Positions 11,732 through 24,490 of a stretch of DNA of 64,000 bases are shown here, piece after piece. Each line of letters starts with the position of its first letter. Position 1 is the stretch's first letter. The notes under the pieces are model-generated. The model was not told the origin of the DNA, did not search any database, and worked only from the letters and a program-made list of their open reading frames with translations. Location of the stretch: the NCBI RefSeq assembly GCF_000143415.4, contig NW_003314288.1, positions 1,855,515 to 1,919,514 of the forward strand. Direction: 5' to 3'. The position numbers were made by a program, and so were the translations under genes. This stretch comes from Selaginella moellendorffii. Lineage: Eukaryota; Plantae; Lycopodiophyta.

Positions 11732-12418
11732 CTACATTGGCACCAACACAAACTCGCCAACCCCACTCGGATCAACGTCGCGAACCTTGTAAGAAATGCT
11801 ATGCGTAGGATCGTACACGATCCAGAACTTGGGAGCATACCCAAGCAGCACGCCGCAGTGCGGTATGCACTCAAGATCAAACTTGCCATTGTAGATGGGC
11901 AGCGTGTTTTGCGCAATCTCCTTCTCGACAAGCACACGGGGCGGCCCAACGCAGCGCAGGCTCGTCACAACCGGATGCTTGGCTACAAGCTGCATGAGCA
12001 CATCCCTCGTCACAGACTTAAGCTTCAGAATGGAGCCTTTATGAACTCGAACGCTGCTCGAGAAATCCTTGGATAGAACGAGAAGTTCCCCTCTTTTCCC
12101 CGGCTGCTGGCCCAGACTGAGCTTAGGAGCTTTGAGCATAGACATGGCTCGAGCACATATTTTGATGGCTCTCACCCAGGTTGATCTGTTCTTGAAAGTT
12201 TCTCCTGAAAGGCTGGCAAAGACGCCGAGGAGGAGGCTACTCCAGTCGATTTGGGGTTGATAGTCACTTCTTTCCGGCATAAAAGTCACTGTCGATGTAG
12301 ATTCAGTCATTGCCACAAGCTCGGGTTCCTCCCGCCACCCGAAGCCACATATCTTTGGCCTCCGCGACACCATAAGATCAGGGGCTGGTCCTAATCCTTT
12401 ACACAGAACGCTACCCAT
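11732..12418 (-). CDS. Hypothetical 228-aa protein with papain (C1A)-like fold signatures, catalytic Cys apparently absent
   Basis: Intronless ORF. GFGWREEP, Q..DWS, LMQLVAKHPV and IYNG...HCGVLLGY..FWIVYD occur in the order of papain motifs. The fold call is by eye only. Confidence 0.55.
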   Translation of the reverse strand: MGSVLCKGLGPAPDLMVSRRPKICGFGWREEPELVAMTESTSTVTFMPERSDYQPQIDWSSLLLGVFASLSGETFKNRSTWVRAIKICARAMSMLKAPKLSLGQQPGKRGELLVLSKDFSSSVRVHKGSILKLKSVTRDVLMQLVAKHPVVTSLRCVGPPRVLVEKEIAQNTLPIYNGKFDLECIPHCGVLLGYAPKFWIVYDPTHSISYKVRDVDPSGVGEFVLVPM

Positions 12419-12625
12419 TTTACTTTGCTGGAACAATAAACCTCTTCGTTTTATAGCCACGTTAGAAAAGGGTTGACCTTTTTTTTACTATTTTTTTTGC
12501 CACATTTAAGCGCTTTGACACTGCCATTTGTCTGCCATCGAGGAGCTAGTTTTAGTTTTGTATTGCATGAGAAATTTTTGTATTTAACAAAACATAGAAA
12601 CAAATCAAAGCCAACAAGGGCTCTA

Positions 12626-13075
12626 ATGAGAGACACAGAGCTTTGGATGGTGGCCGTATTGGGTCTAGCAACATTGGAACTTAATGTCGAGGTTGTGTGA
12701 GTGATCACTTACTTCTCTAATGGTTTATATCGCTTGTATAATAGATGTGATTCATCACCATCTTCATCTTTCCAGGGTGTTTGTAGTAGCTACGAGCAAT
12801 CTTGCTGGAGCATCCGTTACCTTCACACCACACTTTATGCCGTTTGTAGCGCCTACAACGACAGATACAGAGACACATCCCTGGACCTCAATCTTTGCTT
12901 CTCCAACGATCAGGGCGCGCTCAAGTGGCACCCCATGGGCCACTTTGTGGAGAACTGCTATGGAACCGGGAGACTGGAGAACACCAAGTTGATTGCCTAT
13001 TGCAACAAGCAAGAGATCTCCGTGGACGTAACCAAACATGTTGCTAACCAGAATGGAGTCTTGACTTGCTGCTAG
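12626..13075 (+). CDS. Cyanovirin-N homologue (CVNH) lectin 1; exons 12626-12691 and 12776-13075
   Basis: Signal-peptide exon, then YEQSC..IRY..TTLYAVC, TSLDLNLCFSNDQGALKW, FVENC, VDVTKHVANQNGVL: the two-fold CVNH repeat. Confidence 0.88.
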
Positions 13076-13317
13076 AGAAACACTCATAGATATATCTAAA
13101 CAATTTGCATTGCCAGCCCAATGAAAGGGATGATTTAAATCACAGCTCGGATGTTTCTACCATTGATCGAGGTTTATTTGCCAAAGACAATTTAGCCACT
13201 GTATAGTGGTGTTTGCTTACTGCCATTTGGCAAACACAAAATGAGCTTCGTTTGAGTATTTAGTAACACGGCATTTGCCTTTGGGGGACGAAAGAAGCGA
13301 GAGAACTCTTACAAGGT

Positions 13318-13755
13318 ATGAGGCGAGGAGAAAGGGCAGGAGTTTGGGTCGTGGCGGCGCTGGTGCTCACATTGATCAAACCATCTCACATCGAGGTTTG
13401 CAAACTTTGAAGGATTTCTTTCAAGAGTTTGTGTGGAGCAACTTGACGCTCTTGGCAGGCAATTTGCTCTGGTTACCCAAAATCTTGCTCGCAAATCCGC
13501 TACATTGGCACCACGCTCCACGGGATGTGCGAATCGTATGATGAGGGTACCAAGAAGACGTCGCTGGATCTCAACCTGTGCTTCTCCAACGATCAAGGCC
13601 AGCTCAAGTGGCACCCGATAGGCCAATTTGCGAAGAGCTGCTCCCCCGGAAGATTGCTAGAAACCAATCTGTATACCACCTGCAACAAGCGTTCGCTTGA
13701 GGTGGATGTGAACAAACACGTTGCTAACCAGAATGGAGTTCTAGTTTGCTGCTAA
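13318..13755 (+). CDS. Cyanovirin-N homologue (CVNH) lectin 2; exons 13318-13395 and 13459-13755
   Basis: Tandem paralogue with the same phase-0 intron after the signal peptide; TSLDLNLCFSNDQGQLKW, HVANQNGVLVCC. Confidence 0.88.
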
Positions 13756-14256
13756 AACCATGTATAATAGATACGCCGCCCAAGCTGTATTGATTGATCA
13801 ATGTTTCTCTTTGGCGAAGATAATCCTTTCGTTTATATTTCCTATGCTGCTATTCCTTAAGTTTTCGAATGAGAGAGACGATCTGTACAAAGAAACAGTG
13901 ATAAAGATAAAACTACAGCTTGCGTATTTTAATATTAGTATTTGTTTAGCATTATTAACCAAATCTTAAAATCGAGAATTTTCTCACACACCGAGAAGTT
14001 TCCTTGGAGAAGATAGGAAGATAGGAAGGAAGGTTCCCATAAGCAAAAGGATCGATCCTCGAAAAAAAGAGGGGATTTTGACAGGGCCTGCATCTGGTGC
14101 GAAGCAACAGTGTAGGCCCACTAAGCGCGAAAGAGATTTCTATAGCACAAAACCGAGCCACGCCCATCTCACACGGACGATTCCACTCGGTTCACTCACA
14201 TATCTGTTAGCAACATAGATCTGGAGAAACACTAGAGATGATGAAGCTTTTGCCTG

Positions 14257-14442
14257 TCACGAAGAGCAGCATGAAGACGACGGTGGCAGCAGTGAGCCGA
14301 TTGAAGTGATGAGCGACGCCACCACTTCCTTCTTCACCTCGCCACGCTTTGGAGGGAGGGGCTTCTTCTTCGCCGCCTTGAGAACATCCTCGCGCTGGAC
14401 CCCCTGTGCACTAGTCTTCGCCGCATTCTTCTTGTCGTCCAT
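14257..14442 (-). CDS. Small (61 aa) plant protein with LPPKRGxVK motif
   Basis: MDDKKNAAK...KKKPLPPKRGEVKKEVVASLITSI resembles, from memory, a conserved uncharacterised plant small-protein motif (LPPKRGQIK). Confidence 0.6.
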   Translation of the reverse strand: MDDKKNAAKTSAQGVQREDVLKAAKKKPLPPKRGEVKKEVVASLITSIGSLLPPSSSCCSS

Positions 14443-14774
14443 GGCGAGTAGACTCGAGTCGAGCGCACGCAAGAAGGCCGAGAAACCCCCCTTGCAACAC
14501 TGGTGCTCTTCTTTTCCTCCTAGAGCGATGGAAAAACCACTGTGCGGGCTTTACCTAGCAAAGGTAAGCCTGCAAAACCACAGCTGAGTCACTGTAGCAA
14601 TGGTTACGAGGAGGAATTTACCATGGTCCCACATTAAAACGAGCAGAGGCTTCTTTAGAAAGCCAAGCTTGAGTTGCAGGCGCTTCAACCATCTTAAGTG
14701 CCTGAGACAAGAAAATACGGCATTACAGAGAAGCCAAACAGCTTAGATTTGTTTTACCTGCAGCACAGCCAGCA

Positions 14775-17700
14775 TCATTGACTCGTGATCTTATCGTCCG
14801 TTTTGCTCCTGCGAATAACAGTCGGAACTCCAAAGCAGACGGGCGATGCTCCAATCAAGTATGGAAGTCTGCACGCTTCCCTGCCGGCTTCGATGCTGGG
14901 ACCGATGCAAACTTCTTCCCATTCTTCGGTCGTAGATAAACTGTCGTCCACCTCCTGTACTGCCTTCGACGAACTTCTACCCCTTCTTGGGGCCTTCACC
15001 GGCGTCTTGATCTTTGGTTTCGAGGCCCCTTCGTTTGCACAGCTCTCTAGCCATCTCTGGAGCACAGCTCTGCTAAACCTGTCGATGTCTCCATCAGTCA
15101 CGTCCCACAGGTTTGCTATAGCCAAAGGACAACTAGCCATGAGGTAAGATAGCGGCACTCCAACTGGTTCGTAGTCTCCCCTTGCGGAGAAACGACCACT
15201 ACTACATCCCATCAGAAGCGATGCTGGACACTGTACAAGCTTGCGCATGTGCTTCTCAGGAAAATATTGGTCACCTGAAATAATGTGTTACTCGCATTTA
15301 AAAGAAAAAACATAAAAGTTACCACTGCCATGTCCGAGATAAACGAACATGTCATGCTGCTGAAATCCTTCCAAATACTCGTCAAGCGTAGGGACCTGGC
15401 CTGTTTTACCCTGAAAGATAATGGTGTAAACCGTTAAGAGCGTAAGAAAATCCAGTTACCTCCCAGCCTTTTTGGCGCCTAAACCATTCCTCAAAAGCCG
15501 ACTGTGTGCTTTCTAAATCACCTCCAGGATTTAACAGGTAAAATGTACTATGAGGATTGACGGCTGGTCTGGATGCTCCTCTAATGGCGTTTCTTCTCGC
15601 CTTTCCATTTAGTTGTAGACGCCCCAAGCCATTACAAACGTCGAGCTCCAACAATGAATATCTATGGTGGATGAAAACGGCTTTTATGCTTCCTAGCGAA
15701 GGCATGCGATATGTTTCAAGTTTTCGCATGACCGGAAGGCTTTCCCATGGTAAGGCCTGCGAAAAGACGTGTTAGAAGTGAAAAACGTTGCAGACACAAA
15801 GTTACCTGCAATTTACCATCAAGGACAAGTTCAACGGGCTCCCTCTCAATATCCAGCTCCTTGTTGGTTGCCGATAGAAATGAAGAACGAAATGCTTCCG
15901 CTGCTTTCTCAATCAATAATTCCTCCCTTTCTCCAAGGTTATGATCCCAACCCAGAATAAAAGCGATACCTTGGCGGAGCTGCTCAGCTTCTAGTGAGCC
16001 AACTGCTTGCAGCAATAACTTTACCAGCGCTTCCTCAGGTACTTTACATGCTTTCAATTGCCCAAGGAAACTCTTGGACTTCAAAGTTCGGCACAGCTCC
16101 TTGGACTTTTTGCGAAGGGCTTCTGAAACAGAGGATCGAGCAGGTTCTCCCAGCAGCAGACATTTCCAGAATCCAAGCCAGCTGTTTTCTATGTTTCTGC
16201 AGAAAAGACAAATATAAAATAAATAAAAATAAAATAAAAAATAAAAAATAAAAAACGTCAGACCTTAGACATGAAGCCAGTCGTGTATCTAGCTCAGTTC
16301 TCCATTTCCACCACTGGTTTTTTTCTTCTGGAGTAGATACTGGTAGTAGACGAGACGTAGATTGACGGCTTTCATCTAGAATAGAGGCCAGTTCTCCCAT
16401 AAAGGCTCTAACTAGAGCATCGGATTCTAAGACGCTTTTGTGCCTCCATCTGCTTTCAGGTGCTTGGCGAACTTCAAAACCAGTACGATTAGCACAGCCT
16501 ATGGGGAGGATGGTAACCACGACATCGCCTCCGATGCGAGAGATAAGTAGCCATGCGGCAATAGGATCTTTACCAATTTGCTCCAAAATAAAAGAGAACT
16601 CTTGCTCGAGTAAGCTGATGCAGCATATAGTTGCGGAAGGCAATCCGTCCATAAGCGCCTTAAACTCGGCCCTCAGATCAAATGATCCTTCTTGTACCAC
16701 TCTAGCCAAAGATTAAAACCACGAGCTTAGGAAATTCCATATACAGATCGAGATTGCCCACCTCAGTGCTTTTCTCATTTCTTTTATACACGTTCGAGCA
16801 TCAGCCTGGACAGTATTTCAGTATAAACCAACACAATAAAGCAAATAAGCACCTGTTGCGATTTAGAGTCGAGTACTAGAAGGTGTTGCTGGCGACTCAT
16901 CGATCCTATGGATGCTTGGTGAAAATAGGCGGCTAACTCCTTCGTCTCATGGTTGCTATTATTCGTAGCAAGCATTAAAAAGTGAAGGATTGCTAAAAGT
17001 TGGCACACCTGAGTTCAAAACAAATTGGAGCATGTCCTGCATTAAAAGAAATAGATGCATACCTTTTTAGACAAAACAGAAGCCGTAATACTCAAGAAAA
17101 AGGCGCGGTACAACCAAGTGCATGGCATAGACAAAAATTCGTCACTAACTCTGCAACCAGAAATAAGATATCGGCAAGGAGATAATATGTACAAACCTTT
17201 GAGCACACCCTTCCCACAAACGAAGTAAGCTCCAGTTATACAGCAAGTTCGCTTCCTCTAGGGGGAACAAGCTTGCGTTGATGCTAGCATGGGAGCTCTG
17301 CTCAGAGGTTTCGACTTCTACATTAATAAGCTGTCTCGCTTGCAGGTAGCTCTCTTCTGCCTTGAGGACGTCTCGTAGCTGAAACCGACAGCTGCCTACA
17401 AACAGGAAAAGTGTTAAACAACGCACAAGGAAGTACAAACCCACCTTGTTCGATAAACAGCTTCGCGGCCAAACACCGACTATGATATTCCCACTTGTAG
17501 CGCGTCCAGGCTGACAACGTAGTGTCTCTCAGACGGAACTTTCTGTACCCTCCATGAGAGGCATGCTTGAACTCCTCCAAGACTTCCCGCAAGAAAGGCA
17601 ACTCGGTCAAAGCTTCTATCGCAAATTCGTAGTGCATCAGAGCAATGTCCAGTTTGGTTTTGGTGCAAATGTTCCCTCCGTCCAGCTTTGGAGAGTGCCG

Positions 17701-20700
17701 AGCGAGATCCCCAAACCGCAGTTTAAGGAGACATTTTTCCATCGTAATGCAGCCGGCACAAACATTGCCACTATTCAGCTCTTCCAGCATTTTCTCAGCA
17801 TCCTTTAAACCTTCCTCGGCATGTTCCCACATGTGCTGCTTCCTGTGCACTTCACCTGTAACACAAACAAAAATACTTTTGTTGTGGAAGAACTGTTCTA
17901 ACGTACCTAAAGCAGAAGTAAAACGTATACAAGAAAAAGTTAGATTTTGAGCCTTCGCCAACCAAAGTCCCTCGCGAAAGCTTCTCTCAGCTTCGTCAGA
18001 GAATCCTAGTTTTTCATGCAAAGAACCGACCTGAAAACAGAGTAGAGTGAAACAATCATTAAAAACGTAAATGTAAGTACCTGCATCAGACTTTCTAAAT
18101 AATCACCAAGGATGTGCCATTGACTGAATTCGTAGCACGTATTACGGCTGAGCAACGATGGCCATGAAAGGACTGCAGAAGGACCGACTGCCTCGACTTT
18201 GCTTTTTGAAGTGCTATGACTCACATCCTTGGACACCAAGAAGGTACGATTTAGAAGCTTCAGCCGCAATTGAAGGCTTTCGGTTGCAAGTTTGATAGCC
18301 TAGATTCCATTTAATAGTTAGCGACTATAAACATGACGCACACGTACCATTTCCAAGTCCCCTCTTTGCATAAATACTTCAGCCAAATAGAACTGTAACC
18401 TTGATAAGTGTACACGCTCCCGAAAACTCTGGCAAATCAAAGATAAGTCAGGCATCACTTATAAACAATAAGAGTTTGACAACACTTACATTCGGTGTAC
18501 CACGAGCCAATGTGAGAGCCGCGTCAGTTTCCAACAAATGTTGTTGAGAAAATGCGGACAAATCTTCACTGAGGACTAGCTTTACTGCTGCCGCAAGTGA
18601 ATCGGTAGTTTTCCCAAAATCGTACAAAACGTCCATTTTCTGTCCAAACTTCGTCTGCAGGATAGCTTCGAAGTCCGACGATAGGGGAACAAGACAAAGA
18701 ACATGGCTGGTACGCGTATTTTCCCAAACTGAAGAACTCTGTGATTCATACCAGTACGAAATGAATTCGAATATTAATAATTGTATCTCATTTTGTAGAC
18801 TCGTCAGTGCCTGCCATTTTGTTGCTTTGAAATATATATATAAATTTGAAGACCTTACCTTCAAAGACAACAAATCTGCCATGCTCCTCAATAAAAATAA
18901 AATTGATTCTTTGGTCATCCTATAAGATGCTCCAGCGTTTGCTCCAGTTCTTAGATATCCCAGAAACTTTCTCCAGGCTTTAACTGCTGACGTCAAATCC
19001 GCAACATATTCCTGAAACAAGAACACTTGGTGTAAAATATGCCACAAAGCCCATGTTCACACCTCCGACGAAGAATCTGCCTCCTGAGAACAATGTGCCC
19101 GAAGACAATATGCAACAGCACAAAGGTAGTTCGTTTCTACTTTCTCTTCTTCCCCTGTCCTTATAGCATTTTCCTGTCAACGTAAGTATTAGCATTTATC
19201 GTCCAAAAAAGAAAAAAGAAAAAAAGAAAGGACTTACAGAAAGTAGCAAAGCCTTCGATAGGAGAGCGATAACAGTTCCAAGATTCTGCATTCCTTTCTT
19301 CCGTGCAAAGCGACCTTTCTCTATCAAAACTCTTGAAAGTTCAAGAGGACAAGATCCACCATTGTAGACCTCATCAGCAAGAAAACTGATGAGTTCCTCC
19401 TTAACTTGGTCTATCCCATGTTTTTCTGTATCATCAAGAGCCAGTAATTGCTGCCAAGAGCTTTTAACACGTTAAATCATAACCTCAAATCCTTTACCCC
19501 TTCAAGAATTAGCCCCAGCGATGCAGCAGGCGCAGGTGGCTGCAGATCACATAAAGAGCCGTACAAGCAGCATAGTTCTGGTGCGAATTCAAGGGTAACC
19601 TGTACATATTTCAGGATATTCAGAAAGAGCTCAGAAACATCCAAACATACCTTGCACCAGAGCTTCAATACACTTTGAGGACTTTCAAGCTTGAACCCCT
19701 GGCTATGAACCCTTAGCCAGTAAACCAGCGAGTTTCGAAGAACTTCTATTCCATAGTCGGTATCACTGTTTCGTACCAAACAGTCGACGTACGCCGAAGT
19801 TTTTACGCAAGCTTCCGAAACAGCCTCAACAACCGGAACAGCAGACATCATCGACAGGAAATCCACCCTGATCCAAGCACCGTCATGAGCCAATTTGAGA
19901 GGCCTGCATGCCTGAATACAGGAAGTCAGGTATTCAGATCATAGTAAGTATTACCAAGTCATACTCCTTCTTGTTGTATAACTGCACTCCCATATTATAT
20001 GTAACTGAAATTAGCCCCCGAAGCTCATCTGATGGCATGCTACTGTTTAGCATAAGGTTCTGAATTTTCAAGGCGCTTTCCTTGAAAAAGCAGATGATCA
20101 AAGTCAGAAAACCACAAGTCATCAGCTTACATACCTCCAACATCTCTTCACTAACCAAATGTAGCTGCATATTATAAAAGAAAGACATAGCTTGTAACTC
20201 ACATGACTGAAAAGTAGCCTTTACCTCTACTTTGGACCGTAGACTGGCGATTACAAACAAGCAAATATCTAACGCAACATTTTCCTGAACAGTGGGACTC
20301 GAGCAAAATTTACGAGCAACCTGCAGTGAGATACCTCATTAACCGATTACGTTAATAGATGGCAAGTACCTTAAGATACTGATCGACCTGGGACGAGATA
20401 CTGCACCAAACCAGAGCAATTGTGCAAAAACTGTAAAGAAGTTCGGCTTCAATTGCACTCCTCGCTATCAGAATCGTAGTGGACCTGTACAACGCCTTGA
20501 AAACGGCGTCTCTTTGCGCTCCCTGGTCCTTGGAATCCATAACACTGCATCCAAAGGCCAACAAAGTGTTCCCAAGACCATCTTAAGAAAAAACGTAGCC
20601 TACCTCAGCCATGGCTCTAGTTGGCGAGGAAGACGAGCCAAACTCTCCAAAACGCCGATGTCTCGTTCGCCACTTTCGACGGTGTATAGTATCAAGTCCG

Positions 20701-21328
20701 TGGCCACTCCGACCACTAGAGCTGGCAAACCAGGAACCATGTCCTCGGAGCTCTTCGGAGTGGGCAAAACCAGCTTGTCAGATTGGTTCTTGGAGTTCTT
20801 CGCATTCTTCCGGCCCTTCTCATCCTTGGCCGAAGAAAACACTCGAGCGTTGAGGCTCGCTAGTATTTTCCTACACTCCGCGGCAGCTTCCCCGTACCTC
20901 TTCCACGACACCAATCGACGCACAAACCCGTATCTCTGCAGCTCGATCTCGATGATCCCGCTAGCAAGCCAGGGCCTTAAACTGTCCAGTGACTCCAAAG
21001 CCACACCCACGACTCCAAAGAGATCGCCTCCCCGCTGATACCCCATCGTGTCCCCTTCCGCTGGAATCTTCTTCAGCTCAGCACTACACAGCTTGAGCAA
21101 GCGCCCGAGGAAAGGAACAACCCTCTTCGCTCGCGCATGGCCCTCACTGTCCTTGGAATTCTTCGCGTTGGATTCTAAGTAGCATCGGACCTGATCCGAG
21201 AGCCCGGCGATGGACTCCGAGCTGGAAATGCGAGCCAGAATACCTTCCTCGGAGATCGCAATGGAGGATATTGCTGCTGGCGCTGCTGCTCGCCCCTTCC
21301 TCGCGGTTCCCCGGGCAGCCGGCGCCAT
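14775..21328 (-). CDS. ESP1: Separase (peptidase C50), multi-exon
   Basis: C-terminal motifs WWKWRTELD, YRMPSLGS, FYLLNPGGDL, FVYLGHGSG (catalytic His), SLLMGCSSG (catalytic Cys), ANLWDVTDGDIDRF and LIGASPVCFGVP; long helical N-terminal region. Confidence 0.95.
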
Positions 21329-21387
21329 AGCTAAGAACCCTAGATCCTGTCCAAGCGGGAAATTCGAAACACCACATTCTAGGGTTT

Positions 21388-22296
21388 ATGTTGAGGCGAT
21401 TGATCCACGGTGATTCTTGCCCAGGGGCGAGGATCCGGAAGAAGACGAATGCATCGGCGGAGGAGATCTACTACTACGGCCTGCTCCAGCTCGCGATGCT
21501 GCGATTGACGATGGCGACGCGCTACCACTTCTCGCGAGCGTGCGCCATGGCGGGCGTGGAGCTGGAGGCGCTGCTGCTGGCGCTGGGCATGCCTAGGTTA
21601 GTCATGGATCGGTCCAGGAAGACGGCGGAGGATTGCATCCACTACTCGGAGATGTATCACAGATCGAGCGCGATCGTCCGGCTGGACGAGAGCGACGAAT
21701 CCAGGATGAGATCTTCGGTGGTCGAGAGCTCCTCTCCTCCAGCGCTGGATGGGAGCCTTCTACTCTTTCTCCGGAAGAGGGTGAAGGGGCGGCTGTTCCA
21801 CTACATGAGATCTTCCAGGGACTCGCGGGTAGACAAAGCGATACTGACCAGCGCGAGATCTTTCGGGCTTAGAACAGTCTTCTGGGTGGAATCGAGCTTC
21901 TTCTCGCGAGAGGGCGATGGCGAAGAGTTGATCCGGGACGCTAGAACCATCGCTCGCAATCAGGAATTCCTGGACGAGTCCTACTCGGGCTGCCAGCATT
22001 TCCAGGCCTTGCTCCAGCGGCTGCCCCCTGAGGAGAAACTCCCGGACGTCACGTTTGATCCTCGCAACCGTGGCTCCGGCTTCTACACCGAGATCTTGGG
22101 GACGGTGATACCAGCCGCAAACACGGTGGCCGAGTCGGGTGGCCTGGGCAAGTTCGGCCTCGTCGCGCTCTACACGTTCCAGCTCAAGCAGCTCGAAGAA
22201 CTTCTCCGTCGAAAACTGGCAGAGGAGACCGCGGATGATCAAATGCGTGACGCTCCAACTCAAGATCAGGTCCAAGGCTTTTCTACTCGGGTGTGA
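21388..22296 (+). CDS. Hypothetical protein (302 aa), intronless, divergent from separase
   Basis: Long ATG-initiated ORF with GC-rich codon usage like neighbouring genes; no recognisable domain. Confidence 0.55.
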   Translation: MLRRLIHGDSCPGARIRKKTNASAEEIYYYGLLQLAMLRLTMATRYHFSRACAMAGVELEALLLALGMPRLVMDRSRKTAEDCIHYSEMYHRSSAIVRLDESDESRMRSSVVESSSPPALDGSLLLFLRKRVKGRLFHYMRSSRDSRVDKAILTSARSFGLRTVFWVESSFFSREGDGEELIRDARTIARNQEFLDESYSGCQHFQALLQRLPPEEKLPDVTFDPRNRGSGFYTEILGTVIPAANTVAESGGLGKFGLVALYTFQLKQLEELLRRKLAEETADDQMRDAPTQDQVQGFSTRV

Positions 22297-24369
22297 ACTT
22301 CACCAACACTCCAAAACTTTGCTCTCCGTCTCTTTGCTCTTCGAGGACTTTCTCCAACTCTCACGCACAGGCGTTGCTCCAAAAGTAAAAATGGGAATGT
22401 ATAAAGGTTCAAAGGGTGGGTGAATTTAATTTGGTTTATAAAGTATACTAGATAGCACGAACTGCTGAAATTACTAAATGAGAAGTACCGAATAATTTCA
22501 TCCTTCGATGTGGGAAATAAGCAAGGCCCTTCAGATGTGTGCGACCTTCTGCCGGAACCAGCGAACTAGTTTGCGCCACTGCCAAGAAGCCGCTCTCCTT
22601 TTTTGAAAATATCAAGTAGTGCAAGCAGCTACGCCGGATTGGAAGTAATTGCGATCTAGTTCAGGAGGTCTAAGTCTAGCTGTGGGGGTTCGGGGAAGTA
22701 GCATTGCTTTGCTCCTTGTCCAGGCGAGTGATCACCTACTCCATCTTTCTTTTTCCACTTCTTTCCTTTAATTCCAAGGAGTGGTCAGCGGTAAAATGGT
22801 GCGTCACCGAGGTAACACAGTTCTATAACTAGCTTTTTACTTTCTACCACATATTCATAGTTCAAAAACGAAAACTAATGTCTAAGGCAAAGCAAGCAAG
22901 CCAAAGATACCTGAGAAGCCAAGAAGTGCATAACATTAGCTAAAATTGTAAAGAGTAAAGCACAGGAAAGGAGCAAAGCGACAACTAGCAAATGAGAGAG
23001 TATGACATCGACAAAGCACAATAAGAGTCACAAGATGAAGAATCCAATGGTTTACAAGGCTTCTGATGATCTTGATGAGCAACCAAGCAAGAAACTAAAG
23101 CAAAACAAGGAGCAATGTAAGTACTTTCAATTTTAAACTACTTTAGATGAATGATTCTAACTAGTTTGTCATCTATATGTTGAGTAGAACAAGACATTAA
23201 GGTAGTGACCAAGGACAAAGAAGACAACAAGATTTCTATCAAAGAGAAGGAAAGAGTTAAAGAAGTTGATGTTCAAGCTTTCACCAATAACCCCAAGGAA
23301 TCAACTTAATGCAACAAACATCAACCTTAGAAATGTGAAAGCAAGAAGCAATGAAGTGGCTAATGATATGATGAACCTTTTTTGGGGTATAGAGGAAAAA
23401 AAATAGTAAACAAGCTTACTTCAAGTTTGATTAGGTGTGGGAGGAGCAATAAATTCCAAATTTAATACATTTGAACTAACTACTTTACAGGAATATGAAG
23501 TTGAACAACAACTAAATGACAATTGTTGTTGCTAGGGGGTATGTGAAGGAATTACTTGGTGAGCAAGTCAAATGGCAAGCATTTCAGGATACTACGAAGA
23601 AAAAATTGTAATGGATGTTCAGGTAAAGAAAGGAAGAAGTTGATAAAGAGGGTAAGTTCAAAATTGATTATTTATGGTCACTATGATAGGTCAACACTTT
23701 AAGCAAAAATGATAGGATAAAGCATTTAAGGTAAAATTTTATCGTCTTACAATATAGATAAACTCATTAATATTTTTTGTATATAGGATGATGAGAAGCA
23801 ATAGGAAGCAAAAAGAATAGGAAGGCCAGGAGGAAGCATTTGCAAAGCAAAAGGAGCTTGATGAACAAACTATTATAAACTAGGAGCATTTAAATGCAAT
23901 AATATCCTACAAAGATCAAATCTTAATTTCAAGTAGGTACTTTTCTAAAGTAGTTGATTTTTATATAATTTTGATTTTTGGTAGACAATGGCTTTCAAGG
24001 AAATCAATAGGTAATATCTTTAGAAGAATCCTTAACACAGGTCAAAACAAACTTTATGGTTATTAAAAAAGCCTAAGTAAAGTTCACAACTATAACAATA
24101 ACCTCCTTGTAAGCTATGTTGCAATATTAAACAATTTATTAAAAATTGAAATGCCACAGCTGAATGAAGTTGCATATATTAAATTTCTCACGAGGTAAAT
24201 TACTATAACATCATTATAAGTACTTTTAAAACCATTTAGAATCCAAGACCTTAAACCCTAAACCCATGAATGTCCAATATGTATGATTTTAATTTTAATA
24301 ATAGAAATATACCTTGTTTAAGATTATATTATATTTTGATAAGCCACTAATCAATATGCCATTTGCTTT

Positions 24370-24490
24370 AATCCCTCACCCCTTTAAACCCAATTTAAAA
24401 AAGGGTAATTATTTGATGAAATAGCTTTTAATGGTTATTTTATCCATTAAAGTTCTAGGTGATAGTATATTAAATTTCATGTGAACTATA
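24370..24490 (-). repeat. Degenerate relic of the TRIM LTR family seen at 300-461
   Basis: CCCTTTAAACCCAATTTAAAAAAGGGTAATTATTTGATGAAATAGCTTTTAATGGTTATTTTATCC...GGTGATAGTATAT matches the reverse complement of the TRIM LTR with substitutions and deletions. Confidence 0.7.
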
